Assembly: GCA_964521005.1 (NCBI GenBank)
Contig: CAZFPT010000001.1
Coordinates: 3,122 to 67,121 of the forward strand
DNA length: 64,000 bases
From: an uncultured Planctomycetaceae bacterium
GTDB taxonomy: Bacteria > Planctomycetota > Phycisphaerae > SM23-33
Direction: 5' to 3'
The notes under the pieces were generated by a model. The model was not told where the DNA came from. It saw nothing but the letters and a program-made list of their open reading frames with translations, and did not search any database. Below are positions 1 to 9,676 of the stretch, piece after piece. Position numbers and translations under genes: made by a program. Position 1 is the first letter of the stretch; each line of letters opens with the position of its first letter.

Positions 1-2
1 TC

Positions 3-1592
3 ATGAAGGACTCGATCCTTTCGGTGCGTCTGGCGGCGATGGGCCTGGTCGAGCGGCAGATCGCCGCCGGCGAGACAATCTCCGAGGCGCTGCGCCAGGA
101 GGTCCGCAAGGAGCTCAGCCGAAAGGAGCCCGCCAGCCGGGGCGCATCGGCGCTGCTCGTGGCGAGCCTGGGTGACGACAAGAGCATCCCCCCGCTGCTG
201 GATCGTTTGGAGGTCGAGAAGAGCTCTCCGGTTCGCCGGGCACTGCACAAAGCCGTCGGGCAGCTCCGGGTCACCGATGCGGTGCCTTTGCTGATCGGCG
301 ACATCGAGAGCACCGATGGCCGACTGACTGCCTCCGCCGCCGCCGCCCTGGGACGCATCGTGCAGGCGAACGACCTCAGCGAGAAGCTCCGGTCGGCCGC
401 CCGTGACGCGCTGCTGAAACGGTACGCCAAGGTCACCGCCTCGGACAACGACGTCGAGACCCGCACCTCGCTGCTGGTGGCGATGGGGACTCTCGGCGAC
501 AAGGCGTTCCTGGACGCCCTCAAGAGCGGGCTGAAGGACGAATCCACGCGCGTGCGTCTGGCGGCGGTCAATGGGCTGATGAAGCTGGGCAGCGAAGAGA
601 CCGCCCGGGCGATCAGGCCGCTGCTGAAGGACAAGGACCGCGGGATCCGCCAGGCAAGCCTCGTGGCGCTGGGGCGCCTGGGGGGCGGGGACTATCTCAA
701 GGACGTCTTCGCCCTGACCGACCCGAAGTCCGAGGCCGAGTCGGCCGTCCGCCGACAGGCGTGGGATGTGTCGATGGAACTGCTGAAGTCGGCTTCGGCC
801 GGGACGATGGGCGAGATCGTGACCGAGCTGGACAAACGCACCGACTCGCCGGCCGAGCGGATCCGGGTGATGGAGATGTACGTCGCCACGCTGAAGAAGG
901 CCAAGAGCGACCGCCTGCCCGACGCCCAGCGAGCGCTGGGGCTGACGCTGGTCGACGCGAAACGGCCGGCCGAGGGTGCCCCCAAGCTCAAGGAGGCGAT
1001 GGGGTACTACCGCGATGCCAACAGCCCGCTGGTCGAGACGGTCTGGCTGGAATGGGTGACGGCCCAGTTGGCCGCCAACGACACCTCGGCGATCCAGGCG
1101 ATCAGCGAACAGAAGAGTCAGCAGCAGTACGGCAAGGCGATGGAACTGTTCCGCAAGCGTCTCAACGCGCTGACTGCCGAGGAGAACTGGTCGACCGCTA
1201 TCCTGCTCACCGAGCAGGCGCTTCGCCAACTGAAGTCCCGCCTCGACGATACACAGCGCGAGGCGCTGCAGGCGATGCTCAGCGAAGCCCGCAAGAGTCT
1301 CCTCGCCGCCGATCACAAGCGTGTGGCCAGGTTGGTCTCGCAGCTGACCTCGTCGGACGCCTCCGTGCGGAAGTCCGCCCACGACGGCCTGACGGGCATG
1401 GGGGGGCGTGCAATCGCGCCGGTGCTCGATCAACTCGATGCACTGCTCCAGGCCACCGAGCCCAACGCCAAACTGGAGCGGGAACTTCTCAACGTGTTGC
1501 GCCAGATCGCGCCGGAACTGACCGGCTACGACGCCAGTGACCCCCTCAAGACGCGCCGCGAGGTCATTCAGGGCTGGCGCAAAACACTCTGA
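3..1592 (+). CDS. HEAT-repeat (PBS-lyase-like) protein; 5' end may lie upstream of window
   Basis: Repeated ~30-aa units with the pattern 'VR..A..ALG.LG...A.P.L...L.D'. The ORF begins at the first in-window ATG. Confidence 0.55.
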   Translation: MKDSILSVRLAAMGLVERQIAAGETISEALRQEVRKELSRKEPASRGASALLVASLGDDKSIPPLLDRLEVEKSSPVRRALHKAVGQLRVTDAVPLLIGDIESTDGRLTASAAAALGRIVQANDLSEKLRSAARDALLKRYAKVTASDNDVETRTSLLVAMGTLGDKAFLDALKSGLKDESTRVRLAAVNGLMKLGSEETARAIRPLLKDKDRGIRQASLVALGRLGGGDYLKDVFALTDPKSEAESAVRRQAWDVSMELLKSASAGTMGEIVTELDKRTDSPAERIRVMEMYVATLKKAKSDRLPDAQRALGLTLVDAKRPAEGAPKLKEAMGYYRDANSPLVETVWLEWVTAQLAANDTSAIQAISEQKSQQQYGKAMELFRKRLNALTAEENWSTAILLTEQALRQLKSRLDDTQREALQAMLSEARKSLLAADHKRVARLVSQLTSSDASVRKSAHDGLTGMGGRAIAPVLDQLDALLQATEPNAKLERELLNVLRQIAPELTGYDASDPLKTRREVIQGWRKTL

Positions 1593-1767
1593 CCGCTCCG
1601 GGGTTGGACGGTCTCTGCGGCCCTGTCTCCCGAAGTCTGCTTGACGTCACCGTTGTGGTGGGCGAATCTATGGGTCGATCCGGTGGCGATGCGCCGCGTG
1701 GGCCGGGTTGTCTTTCCTCCGGGCGGGTTGTTCGGCGCTGTCCCGCACAGACGTAGAGAGGTGATCC

Positions 1768-3153
1768 ATGGAACACCGTATTCTGACGATGCTCGTACTG
1801 GTCGGTCTGCTGTTGGTTTCCGGGGGATGCGGCGAGGCGGGCAAGACTCCCGCCGACGGCGAGGGGAACGGAACCGTCGGCTTGGGAGGGGCGAAGCATG
1901 AGCGCCTGGAGTCGGCCGAGAGCGCCGGCAACCGGGGCGATCGCTCTGCCGTTCCCGCCCTGATCGAGATGCTCGACGAGGACGATTCCGACCTCCGCCA
2001 CGCAGCTGCCGAGGCATTGGGGAAGATCGGCGACCGTCGCGCCGTGCCGGCGCTGATTGCCACCCTGCGCGACCGTGACGCCTTCGTGCGTCGCCAGGCG
2101 GCGATGTCGCTGGGCTACATTGCCGATCCGTCCGCCGATGCAGCCTTGGCGCTGGCGGTGCAGGACGAACACGGCCAGGTCGCCCGCGCCGCCGGGGAGT
2201 CGTTAAGCAAGATCGGCGACCAGGCCGTCGACGAACTTACGGAACTCACCCGGCATCGCTCGGGGCAGGTGCGCCTCATCGCCGCAGAGAACCTCGGACG
2301 AATCGGCAGCGACCGGGCCGTCGAACCGTTGATCGCGTGCTTTACGGACAGGAACGCGGATGTCCGCGACGCCGCCGCCCGAAGTCTCGCGAGGCTGGAT
2401 GGCCGAGCTTTGCGCCAACGTCTGATCGACCTGCTGGGCGCCGACCACTGGCAAATCCGCGCGGCCGCTGCCCGCACGCTGGGATTCTGTCAGGCGAGCT
2501 TGGCGATCGATCCGCTGACCGGGCTGCTGGGAGACCCGCGCGCGGAGGTCCGCTGGGCGTCGGCCGACGCATTGGCCCGGATGGGACGAAGTGCGATCGG
2601 CCCGCTCGTGAAGAAGCTCTCAGCCGATTCTGCCGACACGCGCAGTCAAGCCGCCATGGCCCTGGGCCGCATCGGCGATTCCCGGGCCGTGAAACCGTTG
2701 ATCGATGCGCTGGACGATGACCAACCCGCCGTCGCCACCGCAGCCGCCGATGCCCTGGGACGCATCGGGAACGCCAAGGCGATCGACCCGCTGATCAAGT
2801 CGCTTGGCGATGAGCGGGCAACGGTTCGTAACGCATCGGCCGGGGCGCTGCGGGTGATCGGTTCGCCGGCGGTGGACGCGTTGATCGATGCACTGGACGC
2901 CCGGAATTCTCACGCGCGCATCCTGGCTGCTCGTACACTGGGCGAGCTGGGCCCTCAGCGGGCTCTCAAGCCTCTGGGCAAGACGCTGGAGGATGAGGTG
3001 CCCGCCGTTCGCATCGCCGCTGCCGAGGCGTTGGGAGAGATCGGCCACAAGGACGGCCTCTGGCCGCTGCTGGAGGCCGCCGATGACGACGATCCCTCCG
3101 TACGGCAGGCGGTCGCCAAAGCCGCCGAGAAGATCCGCGACGCCAATAAGTAG
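1768..3153 (+). CDS. HEAT-repeat lipoprotein
   Basis: Signal peptide plus lipobox (LLLVSGGC). At least 10 tandem PBS-lyase HEAT-like repeats ('D.D..VR..AA.ALG.IGD.RAV.PLI..L.D'). GAGAGG RBS lies upstream of the ATG. Confidence 0.65.
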   Translation: MEHRILTMLVLVGLLLVSGGCGEAGKTPADGEGNGTVGLGGAKHERLESAESAGNRGDRSAVPALIEMLDEDDSDLRHAAAEALGKIGDRRAVPALIATLRDRDAFVRRQAAMSLGYIADPSADAALALAVQDEHGQVARAAGESLSKIGDQAVDELTELTRHRSGQVRLIAAENLGRIGSDRAVEPLIACFTDRNADVRDAAARSLARLDGRALRQRLIDLLGADHWQIRAAAARTLGFCQASLAIDPLTGLLGDPRAEVRWASADALARMGRSAIGPLVKKLSADSADTRSQAAMALGRIGDSRAVKPLIDALDDDQPAVATAAADALGRIGNAKAIDPLIKSLGDERATVRNASAGALRVIGSPAVDALIDALDARNSHARILAARTLGELGPQRALKPLGKTLEDEVPAVRIAAAEALGEIGHKDGLWPLLEAADDDDPSVRQAVAKAAEKIRDANK

Positions 3154-3217
3154 GCCTCTCCCGGCGGGGGCGCCCTCGGCAACGACGTCGGCGCCGCTGT
3201 GAGGATTGTGCAGGGCT

Positions 3218-3246
3218 TTGACAAACCCGTCGCGCCCGGGGAGAAT
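3218..3246 (+). promoter_or_regulatory. sigma70-like promoter candidate for glucokinase gene (TTGACA-17 nt-GAGAAT)
   Basis: Perfect -35 TTGACA, 17-nt spacer and a -10-like GAGAAT, about 30 nt upstream of the glk start. Seen in sequence only. Confidence 0.3.
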
Positions 3247-3275
3247 GGCCGCCTGCTTTTTCAACGAGGAGAGAG

Positions 3276-4277
3276 ATGGCGACGTATTGCATTGGAATTG
3301 ACCTGGGCGGGACCGCGATCAAGCTGGGCCTGCTCGACGATAACCAGACCCCCACCGACACGATCGAGCTTCCCACCCCGACCGAAGGCGCCGACGCGGT
3401 GATCGACACGATGGTGCGTGGTGCCCGCCGGGCGATGAGCGACGCCGGCGTGAGCCCGGCCGACGTGCTGGGTGTGGGGATCGGTTCGCCCGGCCCGCTG
3501 AGCATCACCGAGGGGACCATCCACGCCCTGCCCAACATTCCGGGCATGGACGGCTGTCCGCTGCGCGACCGGGTGGCTGCGGGCATCGAGCTGCCTGCCG
3601 TTCTGGAGAACGACGCCAACGCCGCCGCGTACGGCGAGTATCTCGTCGGGGCCGGCCAGGCGTCGGCGAACATGGTCATGCTCACGCTGGGAACCGGCGT
3701 GGGAAGCGGGATCATCATCAACGGGCGGATCGTTCACGGCAGCCATGAGATCGGCGGCGAGCTGGGCCATATGATCGTCGATCCCGGCGGGCAACGCTGT
3801 GGCTGCGGGCAGGCGGGCTGTCTCGAACAGTACGCCTCGGCGACCTACATCGCCCGATACGCCGAGAAAACACTCAGCGAGACGCAGCGCGGCAGCTCAT
3901 TGGCCGACGTGCTTGCCACCAACGGCGAGCTGACCACCAAGGACATCAACGAGCACCGCAAAGCGGGCGACGACTTCGCCGCGGAGGTCTGGGATCGCGG
4001 GTTGTACTACCTGGCGGTGGGGTGCGTGAGCATCTGCCGGATTTTCGATCCGGACCAGATCGTATTGGCCGGAGGACTGGTCAACGCCGGGGAAGACCTG
4101 ATGGCCCCGTTGCGCGAGCACTTCGCCCGCGAGCACTGGACACTCACCGAACCCCGGACCGAATTGGCCATCGCGACGCTCGGCAGCGACGCCGGAATGA
4201 TCGGGGCCGCCGGTGTGGCGTGGTCGGCGTTCGGCCCCGAAGCCAACGGAAGCATTCCCACCAGCAACGACGCATAG
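3276..4277 (+). CDS. ROK-family glucokinase
   Basis: N-terminal 'CIGIDLGGT.IK' ATPase motif. ROK zinc motif 'HMIVDPGGQRCGCGQAGCLEQYAS'. AGGAGAGAG RBS. Confidence 0.8.
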   Translation: MATYCIGIDLGGTAIKLGLLDDNQTPTDTIELPTPTEGADAVIDTMVRGARRAMSDAGVSPADVLGVGIGSPGPLSITEGTIHALPNIPGMDGCPLRDRVAAGIELPAVLENDANAAAYGEYLVGAGQASANMVMLTLGTGVGSGIIINGRIVHGSHEIGGELGHMIVDPGGQRCGCGQAGCLEQYASATYIARYAEKTLSETQRGSSLADVLATNGELTTKDINEHRKAGDDFAAEVWDRGLYYLAVGCVSICRIFDPDQIVLAGGLVNAGEDLMAPLREHFAREHWTLTEPRTELAIATLGSDAGMIGAAGVAWSAFGPEANGSIPTSNDA

Positions 4278-4311
4278 CGCCGGTCGACCACTCTCGGCTG
4301 CGGAGACAACC

Positions 4312-5820
4312 ATGAAGCACTACTACCCGAATTTCGATGAATTCCGCGAGCTGGCGACGCGGGGCAACACCGTGCCCGTGTACCGTCAACTGCTGGCCGA
4401 CACGCTCACGCCGGTGACCGCTTACCAGCGCCTGGCCATGCCGGCCGGCTTTGCCCCGGCGAAGTACGCCTTCCTCCTGGAGAGCGTCGTCGGCGGCGAG
4501 CGGATGGCAAGGTTCTCTTTCGTCGGCTGCGACCCCGACGTGGTATATACCGCCCGTCGGAACGAGTTGACCGTGCAGGTCGGCCGCCAGGAGCCGGACG
4601 TCCTGGAGACCTCCGACCCGCTGGCGGAGATCCAGAAGGCGCTGGATGCCCATCAGCCGGTGCATCTGCCGGACCTGCCGCGATTCACCGGCGGCGTCGT
4701 CGGCTACGCCGGGTACGACATGGCTCGCTACTACGAGGACATCGGCGAAGGTCCCGTCGACGACCGTCACCTGCCGGACATCTGCTTCGGGCTGTATCGG
4801 ACGATGGTGATTTTCGACCATGTCTCCAAGACGATCAAAGTCGTCGCCAACGCCCACATCGAGAAGGACCCGGGCGAGGCGTACAACGACGCGGTCAACG
4901 CCATCGAGCGAACCATCGGGCGTCTCCGCGAGGGCGGGGGGTATCCGGTCAGCGAGATCAACCTCCAGGGCCTGCCGCAGAAGGCGTTCCGCAGCAACAT
5001 GACGCGGGAGGAGTACTGCCGCATCGTCGAAGGCTGCAAGGAGTACATCAGTGCCGGCGACATCTTCCAGGTGGTCACCTCCCAGCGGCTGGACGTGGAA
5101 ACGTCGGCCAGTCCGTTCAACATCTACCGTGCATTGCGGGTGGTGAACCCCTCGCCGTTCATGTTCCTGCTGAGCATGCCCGAGGTGACGCTGGTGGGCA
5201 GCTCGCCGGAGATTCTCTGCCGCGTGGAGAACGGCGTGGTCACGAACCGTCCGTTGGCGGGAACCCGGCCGCGGGGTGAGACGGAGGAGGAGGATCTCGC
5301 CATGGAGAAAGAGCTCCTGGAAGATCCCAAGGAGCGGGCCGAGCACATCATGCTGGTGGACCTCGCGCGAAACGACGTGGGCAGGGTCGCCGAGCCGAAC
5401 ACCATCGAGCTGGCGGACGTGATGACGGTCGAACGCTACAGCCACGTGATGCACATCGTCTCGAATGTCGAAGGCAAACTGGCCGAGGGCAAGAACGCCT
5501 TCGACGCGCTGAAGGCGGCCTTGCCGGTGGGTACGGTCAGCGGCGCGCCGAAGATCCGCGCCATGGAGATCATTGACGAGTTCGAGCCCACCCGCCGCGG
5601 GCCCTATGCCGGTGGCGTGGGATACGTGGATTTCGGCGGCAACATGGATACCTGCATCGCGCTGCGGACGATGGTGGTTTCCAACGGGAAGGTCTACCTG
5701 CAGGCGGGGGCGGGCATCGTGGCCGATTCCGTGCCGGAGAACGAGTACCAGGAAACCATCAACAAGGCCCGTGCGCTGCTCAAGGCCGTCGAGGTCGCCG
5801 AGGCCGGGCTGGAGCACTGA
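4312..5820 (+). CDS. trpE: anthranilate synthase component I
   Basis: TrpE hallmarks 'LLESV.GGER.ARFSF', 'NRPLAGTRPRG', 'VDLARNDVGRV' and 'GAPKIRAMEII'. ATG at 4312 is in frame with ORF 4213..5820; the upstream extension overlaps glk. Confidence 0.85.
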   Translation: MKHYYPNFDEFRELATRGNTVPVYRQLLADTLTPVTAYQRLAMPAGFAPAKYAFLLESVVGGERMARFSFVGCDPDVVYTARRNELTVQVGRQEPDVLETSDPLAEIQKALDAHQPVHLPDLPRFTGGVVGYAGYDMARYYEDIGEGPVDDRHLPDICFGLYRTMVIFDHVSKTIKVVANAHIEKDPGEAYNDAVNAIERTIGRLREGGGYPVSEINLQGLPQKAFRSNMTREEYCRIVEGCKEYISAGDIFQVVTSQRLDVETSASPFNIYRALRVVNPSPFMFLLSMPEVTLVGSSPEILCRVENGVVTNRPLAGTRPRGETEEEDLAMEKELLEDPKERAEHIMLVDLARNDVGRVAEPNTIELADVMTVERYSHVMHIVSNVEGKLAEGKNAFDALKAALPVGTVSGAPKIRAMEIIDEFEPTRRGPYAGGVGYVDFGGNMDTCIALRTMVVSNGKVYLQAGAGIVADSVPENEYQETINKARALLKAVEVAEAGLEH

Positions 5821-5841
5821 GCGACCGCCGGGGGCGGGGCG

Positions 5842-6252
5842 TTACGCGGTTGTTTCGGTGGAGCGTCGGCTTCGCCATGCGGCGAGGCCTTCGATCAGCG
5901 CGATCGCGAGGATCATTCCCGCGATGTTCGCCAGCCAATCGGTGATGGCGGCCGACCGGCCCACGAGGGGCTGGGTGAGTTCGTCGATCGCGCCGTAGAT
6001 GGGGATCACGTGCAGGACGGTCACCATGCGTCGGTATCGCCTCCAGCGGCGTGCGATCATCATCAGCACGAAGACCGCCGTCAGACCGAAGTAGCCCACC
6101 AGGTGAAGCAAGACGTCCGAGGGGCGGAACTCCATGTCCCTCAGCACGCGATTGATGGGGACGTGCGTGGCCGTGAATGCGGCGATCCAGACGACGGGGC
6201 AGAGTACGGTCATCACTCGGGCGGAGCGTGGCAGGGGGGCTGGTTCCATCAT
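5842..6252 (-). CDS. VanZ-like family membrane protein
   Basis: VanZ motif 'IDELTQPLVGRSAAITDWLANIAGMI' plus hydrophobic helices. Its ATG overlaps the ParA stop (ATGA). The N-terminal part of the track ORF is GC-rich read-through. Confidence 0.5.
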   Translation of the reverse strand: MMEPAPLPRSARVMTVLCPVVWIAAFTATHVPINRVLRDMEFRPSDVLLHLVGYFGLTAVFVLMMIARRWRRYRRMVTVLHVIPIYGAIDELTQPLVGRSAAITDWLANIAGMILAIALIEGLAAWRSRRSTETTA

Positions 6253-7253
6253 TCCGCCGAGTGGATGTCCACCGCCGAGGCGTCGGTCGAGCTGTATCGG
6301 CCGGCGGTGTCGAAATGGGCCGATGGGGCGGGACGCGATTCCGGCATGGCCGCCGGGTAGGTGGTTGGCGCGGTGCGTGCGTGCGTGACGGCCGACGCGG
6401 GTTCGGTGCCTGATTGGACGCCGAGCGGCTGGGAGGCCTCGTCGCGGCCGTCGCTCGATGGGGCCGAGAGGAACTCGTCGGCCAACGCGGCGTAATCGGC
6501 GGCCCCGTGGCAGGAGGGGTCGTACTGGAAGATCGTGGTCCCGTAGGATGGGCACTCGGCGAGCTTGACGTTGCGGCGAATGACGGTCTGGAAGACGCGG
6601 GCCGACGCCCACGGGACATCCTGGTCGCGGGACTGACGGATGAAGTCCTCCAGGTCGTCGCGGACTTCGCCCGCCAGCCGCGTGTTGGATTCATACATGC
6701 AGAGAATCACGCCCGAAACTCTCAGCGACGGATTGATGCGACGCTGCACGAGCGAGACGGTCTCCAGCAGCTTTCCGAGCCCCTGCAAAGCGAGGAAGTG
6801 GGGCTGAAGCGGGATGATCACCTCATCGGCGGCCGCCAGTGCGTTGAGCGTAAGAAGCCCGAGGCTGGGCGGACAGTCCATCAGGATGCAGGACGCATCG
6901 AGGTCGGCTTCGTCGATGCGATCACGCAGGATCTGCTCGCGTCCGACGGTGGCGGCGAGTTCGACTTCCGCCCCGGCCAGGTCAATCGACGACGGCAGCA
7001 CGGTCAGTCGGTCGGCCGGCGTGATGGCTGCCTTCCGCAGCGGCATGTCCGCCACCAGCACGTCGTAAAGGCTGGGTTGATCAACCGTGGGCTCGATCCC
7101 GAAGTGCAGCGTCAGGTGGGCCTGCGGATCCATGTCGATCAGGCAGACTTCCTGCCGGCGGTCGGCCAACGCCTGCCCGAGATTCGCCACGGTCGTGGTC
7201 TTGCCGACCCCGCCTTTCTGGTTGATCATCGCGATGGTTCTCACGAGGTGCAT
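6249..7253 (-). CDS. ParA/MinD-family ATPase (orphan) with ~90-aa low-complexity C-terminal extension
   Basis: Deviant Walker A 'MINQKGGVGKTTT', 'LIDMDPQ' and 'ILMDCPPSLG'. No parB is adjacent. Confidence 0.75.
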   Translation of the reverse strand: MHLVRTIAMINQKGGVGKTTTVANLGQALADRRQEVCLIDMDPQAHLTLHFGIEPTVDQPSLYDVLVADMPLRKAAITPADRLTVLPSSIDLAGAEVELAATVGREQILRDRIDEADLDASCILMDCPPSLGLLTLNALAAADEVIIPLQPHFLALQGLGKLLETVSLVQRRINPSLRVSGVILCMYESNTRLAGEVRDDLEDFIRQSRDQDVPWASARVFQTVIRRNVKLAECPSYGTTIFQYDPSCHGAADYAALADEFLSAPSSDGRDEASQPLGVQSGTEPASAVTHARTAPTTYPAAMPESRPAPSAHFDTAGRYSSTDASAVDIHSAE

Positions 7254-7319
7254 TATACGGCCTGCCCGCGTGACCACAACCCCCGCCCGGATCGCCGGAG
7301 GCGCGATCCCCATCGAGGC

Positions 7320-7356
7320 GCAAAGAACACGGCGGCGATCGGAATCGATCGCCGCC
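7320..7356 (-). terminator. hairpin terminator downstream of histone-like gene
   Basis: Perfect 11-bp stem ggcggcgatcg/cgatcgccgcc with loop gaat. On the minus strand it is followed by GUGUUCUUUGCG. Confidence 0.4.
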
Positions 7357-7409
7357 GTGGGTGTGACAGTCGATCGGCAGGGCAGCGCCCCGCCGAGGTC
7401 AGCCGAACA

Positions 7410-7877
7410 CTACTTCTTCTTGGACGACTTGCGGGTCGCTTTCTTGGCGGCCTTCTTCGTCGTCTTGCCAGCCTTCTTGGTGGACTTCTTCGCGCGCTTC
7501 TTGGTTTTCTTCGCCGCCTTCTTTGTGGCCTTCTTCGCGCGCTTCGTCGTCTTCTTCGCGCGCTTCGCGGTCTTCTTGGCAGCCTTCTTCGTTGTCTTGC
7601 GAGCCTTCTTGGCCGCCTTCTTGGTGGACTTCTTCGCTCGCTTGGCAGTCTTCTTCGCGCGCTTCGCGGTCTTCTTGGCCGCCTTCTTCGTGGTCTTCTT
7701 CGCGCGCTTCGCGGTCTTCTTGGTAGCCTTCTTCGTGGCCTTCTTCACGCGCTTTGCTGCCTTCTTGGCGCGACTGACCGACTTCTTCGCCGCCTTCTTC
7801 GTCGTCTTCTTCGCGCGCTTCGCGGTCTTCTTGGCCGCCTTCTTCGCCGTCTTCTTCTTTGCTGTCTTTTTGGCCAT
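7410..7877 (-). CDS. histone H1-like Lys/Ala-rich DNA-binding protein
   Basis: 155 aa made of KKAAKK/TAKRAKK repeats (MAKKTAKKKTAKKAAKK...). Start is M35 of the track ORF, with an AAAGAGG RBS. Confidence 0.7.
   Translation of the reverse strand: MAKKTAKKKTAKKAAKKTAKRAKKTTKKAAKKSVSRAKKAAKRVKKATKKATKKTAKRAKKTTKKAAKKTAKRAKKTAKRAKKSTKKAAKKARKTTKKAAKKTAKRAKKTTKRAKKATKKAAKKTKKRAKKSTKKAGKTTKKAAKKATRKSSKKK
7440..7860 (-). repeat. in-frame coding tandem repeats (degenerate units encoding AKKxxKK)
   Basis: The nucleotide sequence shows recurring 'gtcttcttcgcgcgcttcgcggtcttcttggc(c/a)gccttcttcg' units. Confidence 0.6.
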
Positions 7878-8256
7878 GCCTCTTTCACCACCTTCCACTT
7901 GAGTCTGAACGAAATGTTCGGAGATATGTCCCCGATGCTTGTACCGTAGCGAGTGGTTCATGTGCAAGTATTTACACATGCCTTTCGATCTTAGTATTCG
8001 TCATAACGGGGATCATTCATTGAGGCTTTTCCACAAAGAGATGCGCACTTTCGGATTCGAAGCCATCGAAAACGCTTCGCCCGGCACGCTCGCCGGAGCG
8101 CCCGGCCGTCCCGGCGGCGTGCGAATGCGCCCGGCGAATGCGTCGCGCGGCGCGATCCCAATCGATCCGCAACGAGCAATTCCATCGCACCCCCGGCCGA
8201 TAGTATACTGAGATGTTCGCAGACGACCTGACGCTCCAGACACGAGGTGAAAACGG

Positions 8257-9036
8257 ATGAAGAAGTTCCTGTCCCTGGCGATGGTGGCGACGCTGCTGGC
8301 GGGCTGCCCGGTCCCCCAGCCGCAAAACACGCCCAACCAGCACTGGCACGAGATGGACCCCGCGACGGGCAAGGGGTTCTACATCTACGTTCCCAGCAGC
8401 TACTCCGACGACAAGCCCGCGCCGCTGATTGTCAGCTGTCACGGAACGCCGCCGTACGACGTGGCGAACCATCACATCCGCGAGTGGAAAATGCTCGCCG
8501 AGGAGAACGGCTGCATCGCCGTCGCCCCGGAGCTGATCGGAACCGACGGCGTGCTCGGCGACGGGCCGCTGGTGGGAATGATCGCCAACGAGCGGCGCAT
8601 CATGAGCATCATCTCCCTGCTGGGCTACCGCTACAACATCGACCGTGCGAACGTGATGATCACCGGTTTCTCCGGCGGCGGGTTCCCCACCTATTGGGTG
8701 GGCATGCGCCATCCGGAGGTGTTCTCCACGATCGTCGCGCGGAACTGCAACTTCAACAAGTGGAACCTTCACGGCTGGTACCCGGACGAGGCGATCGGCA
8801 TGAACGTGCTGGTCTACTACGGGCAGAACGACCCGGCCACCATCATCGCCCAGTCCGAGCGGGCGGTGACTTACCTCCGCAAGCAGGGTGTCGCCGTCGA
8901 GAAGCGCGTGGTCCCGGGCAAGGGACACCAGCGCGTCCCGAGCATCGCGATGAAGTTCTTCCGCGACAACTGGAAGCCCGCCAAACCGTCCCTGCCTATC
9001 GGCGAGGATACCGGCACGGTGGCCGTCAGCGACTGA
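8257..9036 (+). CDS. alpha/beta-hydrolase fold esterase lipoprotein
   Basis: Lipobox 'LLAGCP' and a nucleophile-elbow-like 'GFSGGG'. It outranks the overlapping ORF 8247..9236. Confidence 0.55.
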   Translation: MKKFLSLAMVATLLAGCPVPQPQNTPNQHWHEMDPATGKGFYIYVPSSYSDDKPAPLIVSCHGTPPYDVANHHIREWKMLAEENGCIAVAPELIGTDGVLGDGPLVGMIANERRIMSIISLLGYRYNIDRANVMITGFSGGGFPTYWVGMRHPEVFSTIVARNCNFNKWNLHGWYPDEAIGMNVLVYYGQNDPATIIAQSERAVTYLRKQGVAVEKRVVPGKGHQRVPSIAMKFFRDNWKPAKPSLPIGEDTGTVAVSD

Positions 9037-9109
9037 GCAACACCGGGCAGACTTCTCTGCCATGGAGCATCGGTCGGGGCGTGAGATCGCCGACGGCTGC
9101 GCACACAAA

Positions 9110-9158
9110 CGCCCGCACCATGAGGATGATCCTCACGGTGCGGGCGATTCGTTTTGCG
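9110..9158. terminator. bidirectional intrinsic terminator between esterase gene and V-ATPase operon
   Basis: 16-bp stem with 1 mismatch (cgcccgcaccatgagg / cctcacggtgcgggcg) and a 5-nt loop. It is followed by ATTCGTTTTG on the plus strand and GTTTGTGTG on the minus strand. Confidence 0.55.
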
Positions 9159-9219
9159 CGACGGCCGAGACGGGGGAAAAGCCCGCCGCCAGGTCCGTGT
9201 CTGTTCGCGGGGCTGCGTG

Positions 9220-9675
9220 TTACGGCAGCAGCATGAACATGAAGACGAAGGCGAAAATGCCGACCGTCTCGGCGATGCCCATGGCGATCAGCGTGTTCGT
9301 GAAGGGCTTGCCCTCGGCTTCGGACATGGCCCGCACACCGCCGGCACCGATCTGCCCCTGCATCCAGGCGCTGAACAGCTCGCCCAGACCGGCGGCCAGG
9401 CCGATCACGAACAGCGCCCCGCCGTTGGCGGCGACGTACTCGGCATTACCCAGTGCGGGCAGGATCACCAGCAGCGAGACCAGCAGGCCGTAAATCGTCT
9501 GGCTGAGGGGCATGCCCAGCAGGACGATGTACTTGAAGTTCATCTGTTCGCCCGCGCGGGCTTCCTTTGCCCACGCGCCGGTGGCGGCCCGTCCGGCGGC
9601 TCCGATGCCCAGCGCGCTGCCGATCGCACCGAGGCCGAGAGGCAGGGCGAATCCGATCTGACCTAACCATTCCAT
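9220..9675 (-). CDS. atpK: V-type ATP synthase subunit K (proteolipid c)
   Basis: Glycine-rich double-hairpin proteolipid with a conserved carboxylate helix (GIAETVGIFAFV). AAGGAG RBS. It is the last gene of the V-ATPase operon. Confidence 0.85.
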   Translation of the reverse strand: MEWLGQIGFALPLGLGAIGSALGIGAAGRAATGAWAKEARAGEQMNFKYIVLLGMPLSQTIYGLLVSLLVILPALGNAEYVAANGGALFVIGLAAGLGELFSAWMQGQIGAGGVRAMSEAEGKPFTNTLIAMGIAETVGIFAFVFMFMLLP

Positions 9676-9676
9676 G

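Noticed and set aside
8247-9236. 329-aa ORF overlapping the esterase gene in another frame
   Set aside because: It has a low-complexity Arg/Gly/Pro composition. The 8257..9036 frame carries the lipobox and the GFSGGG hydrolase motif.
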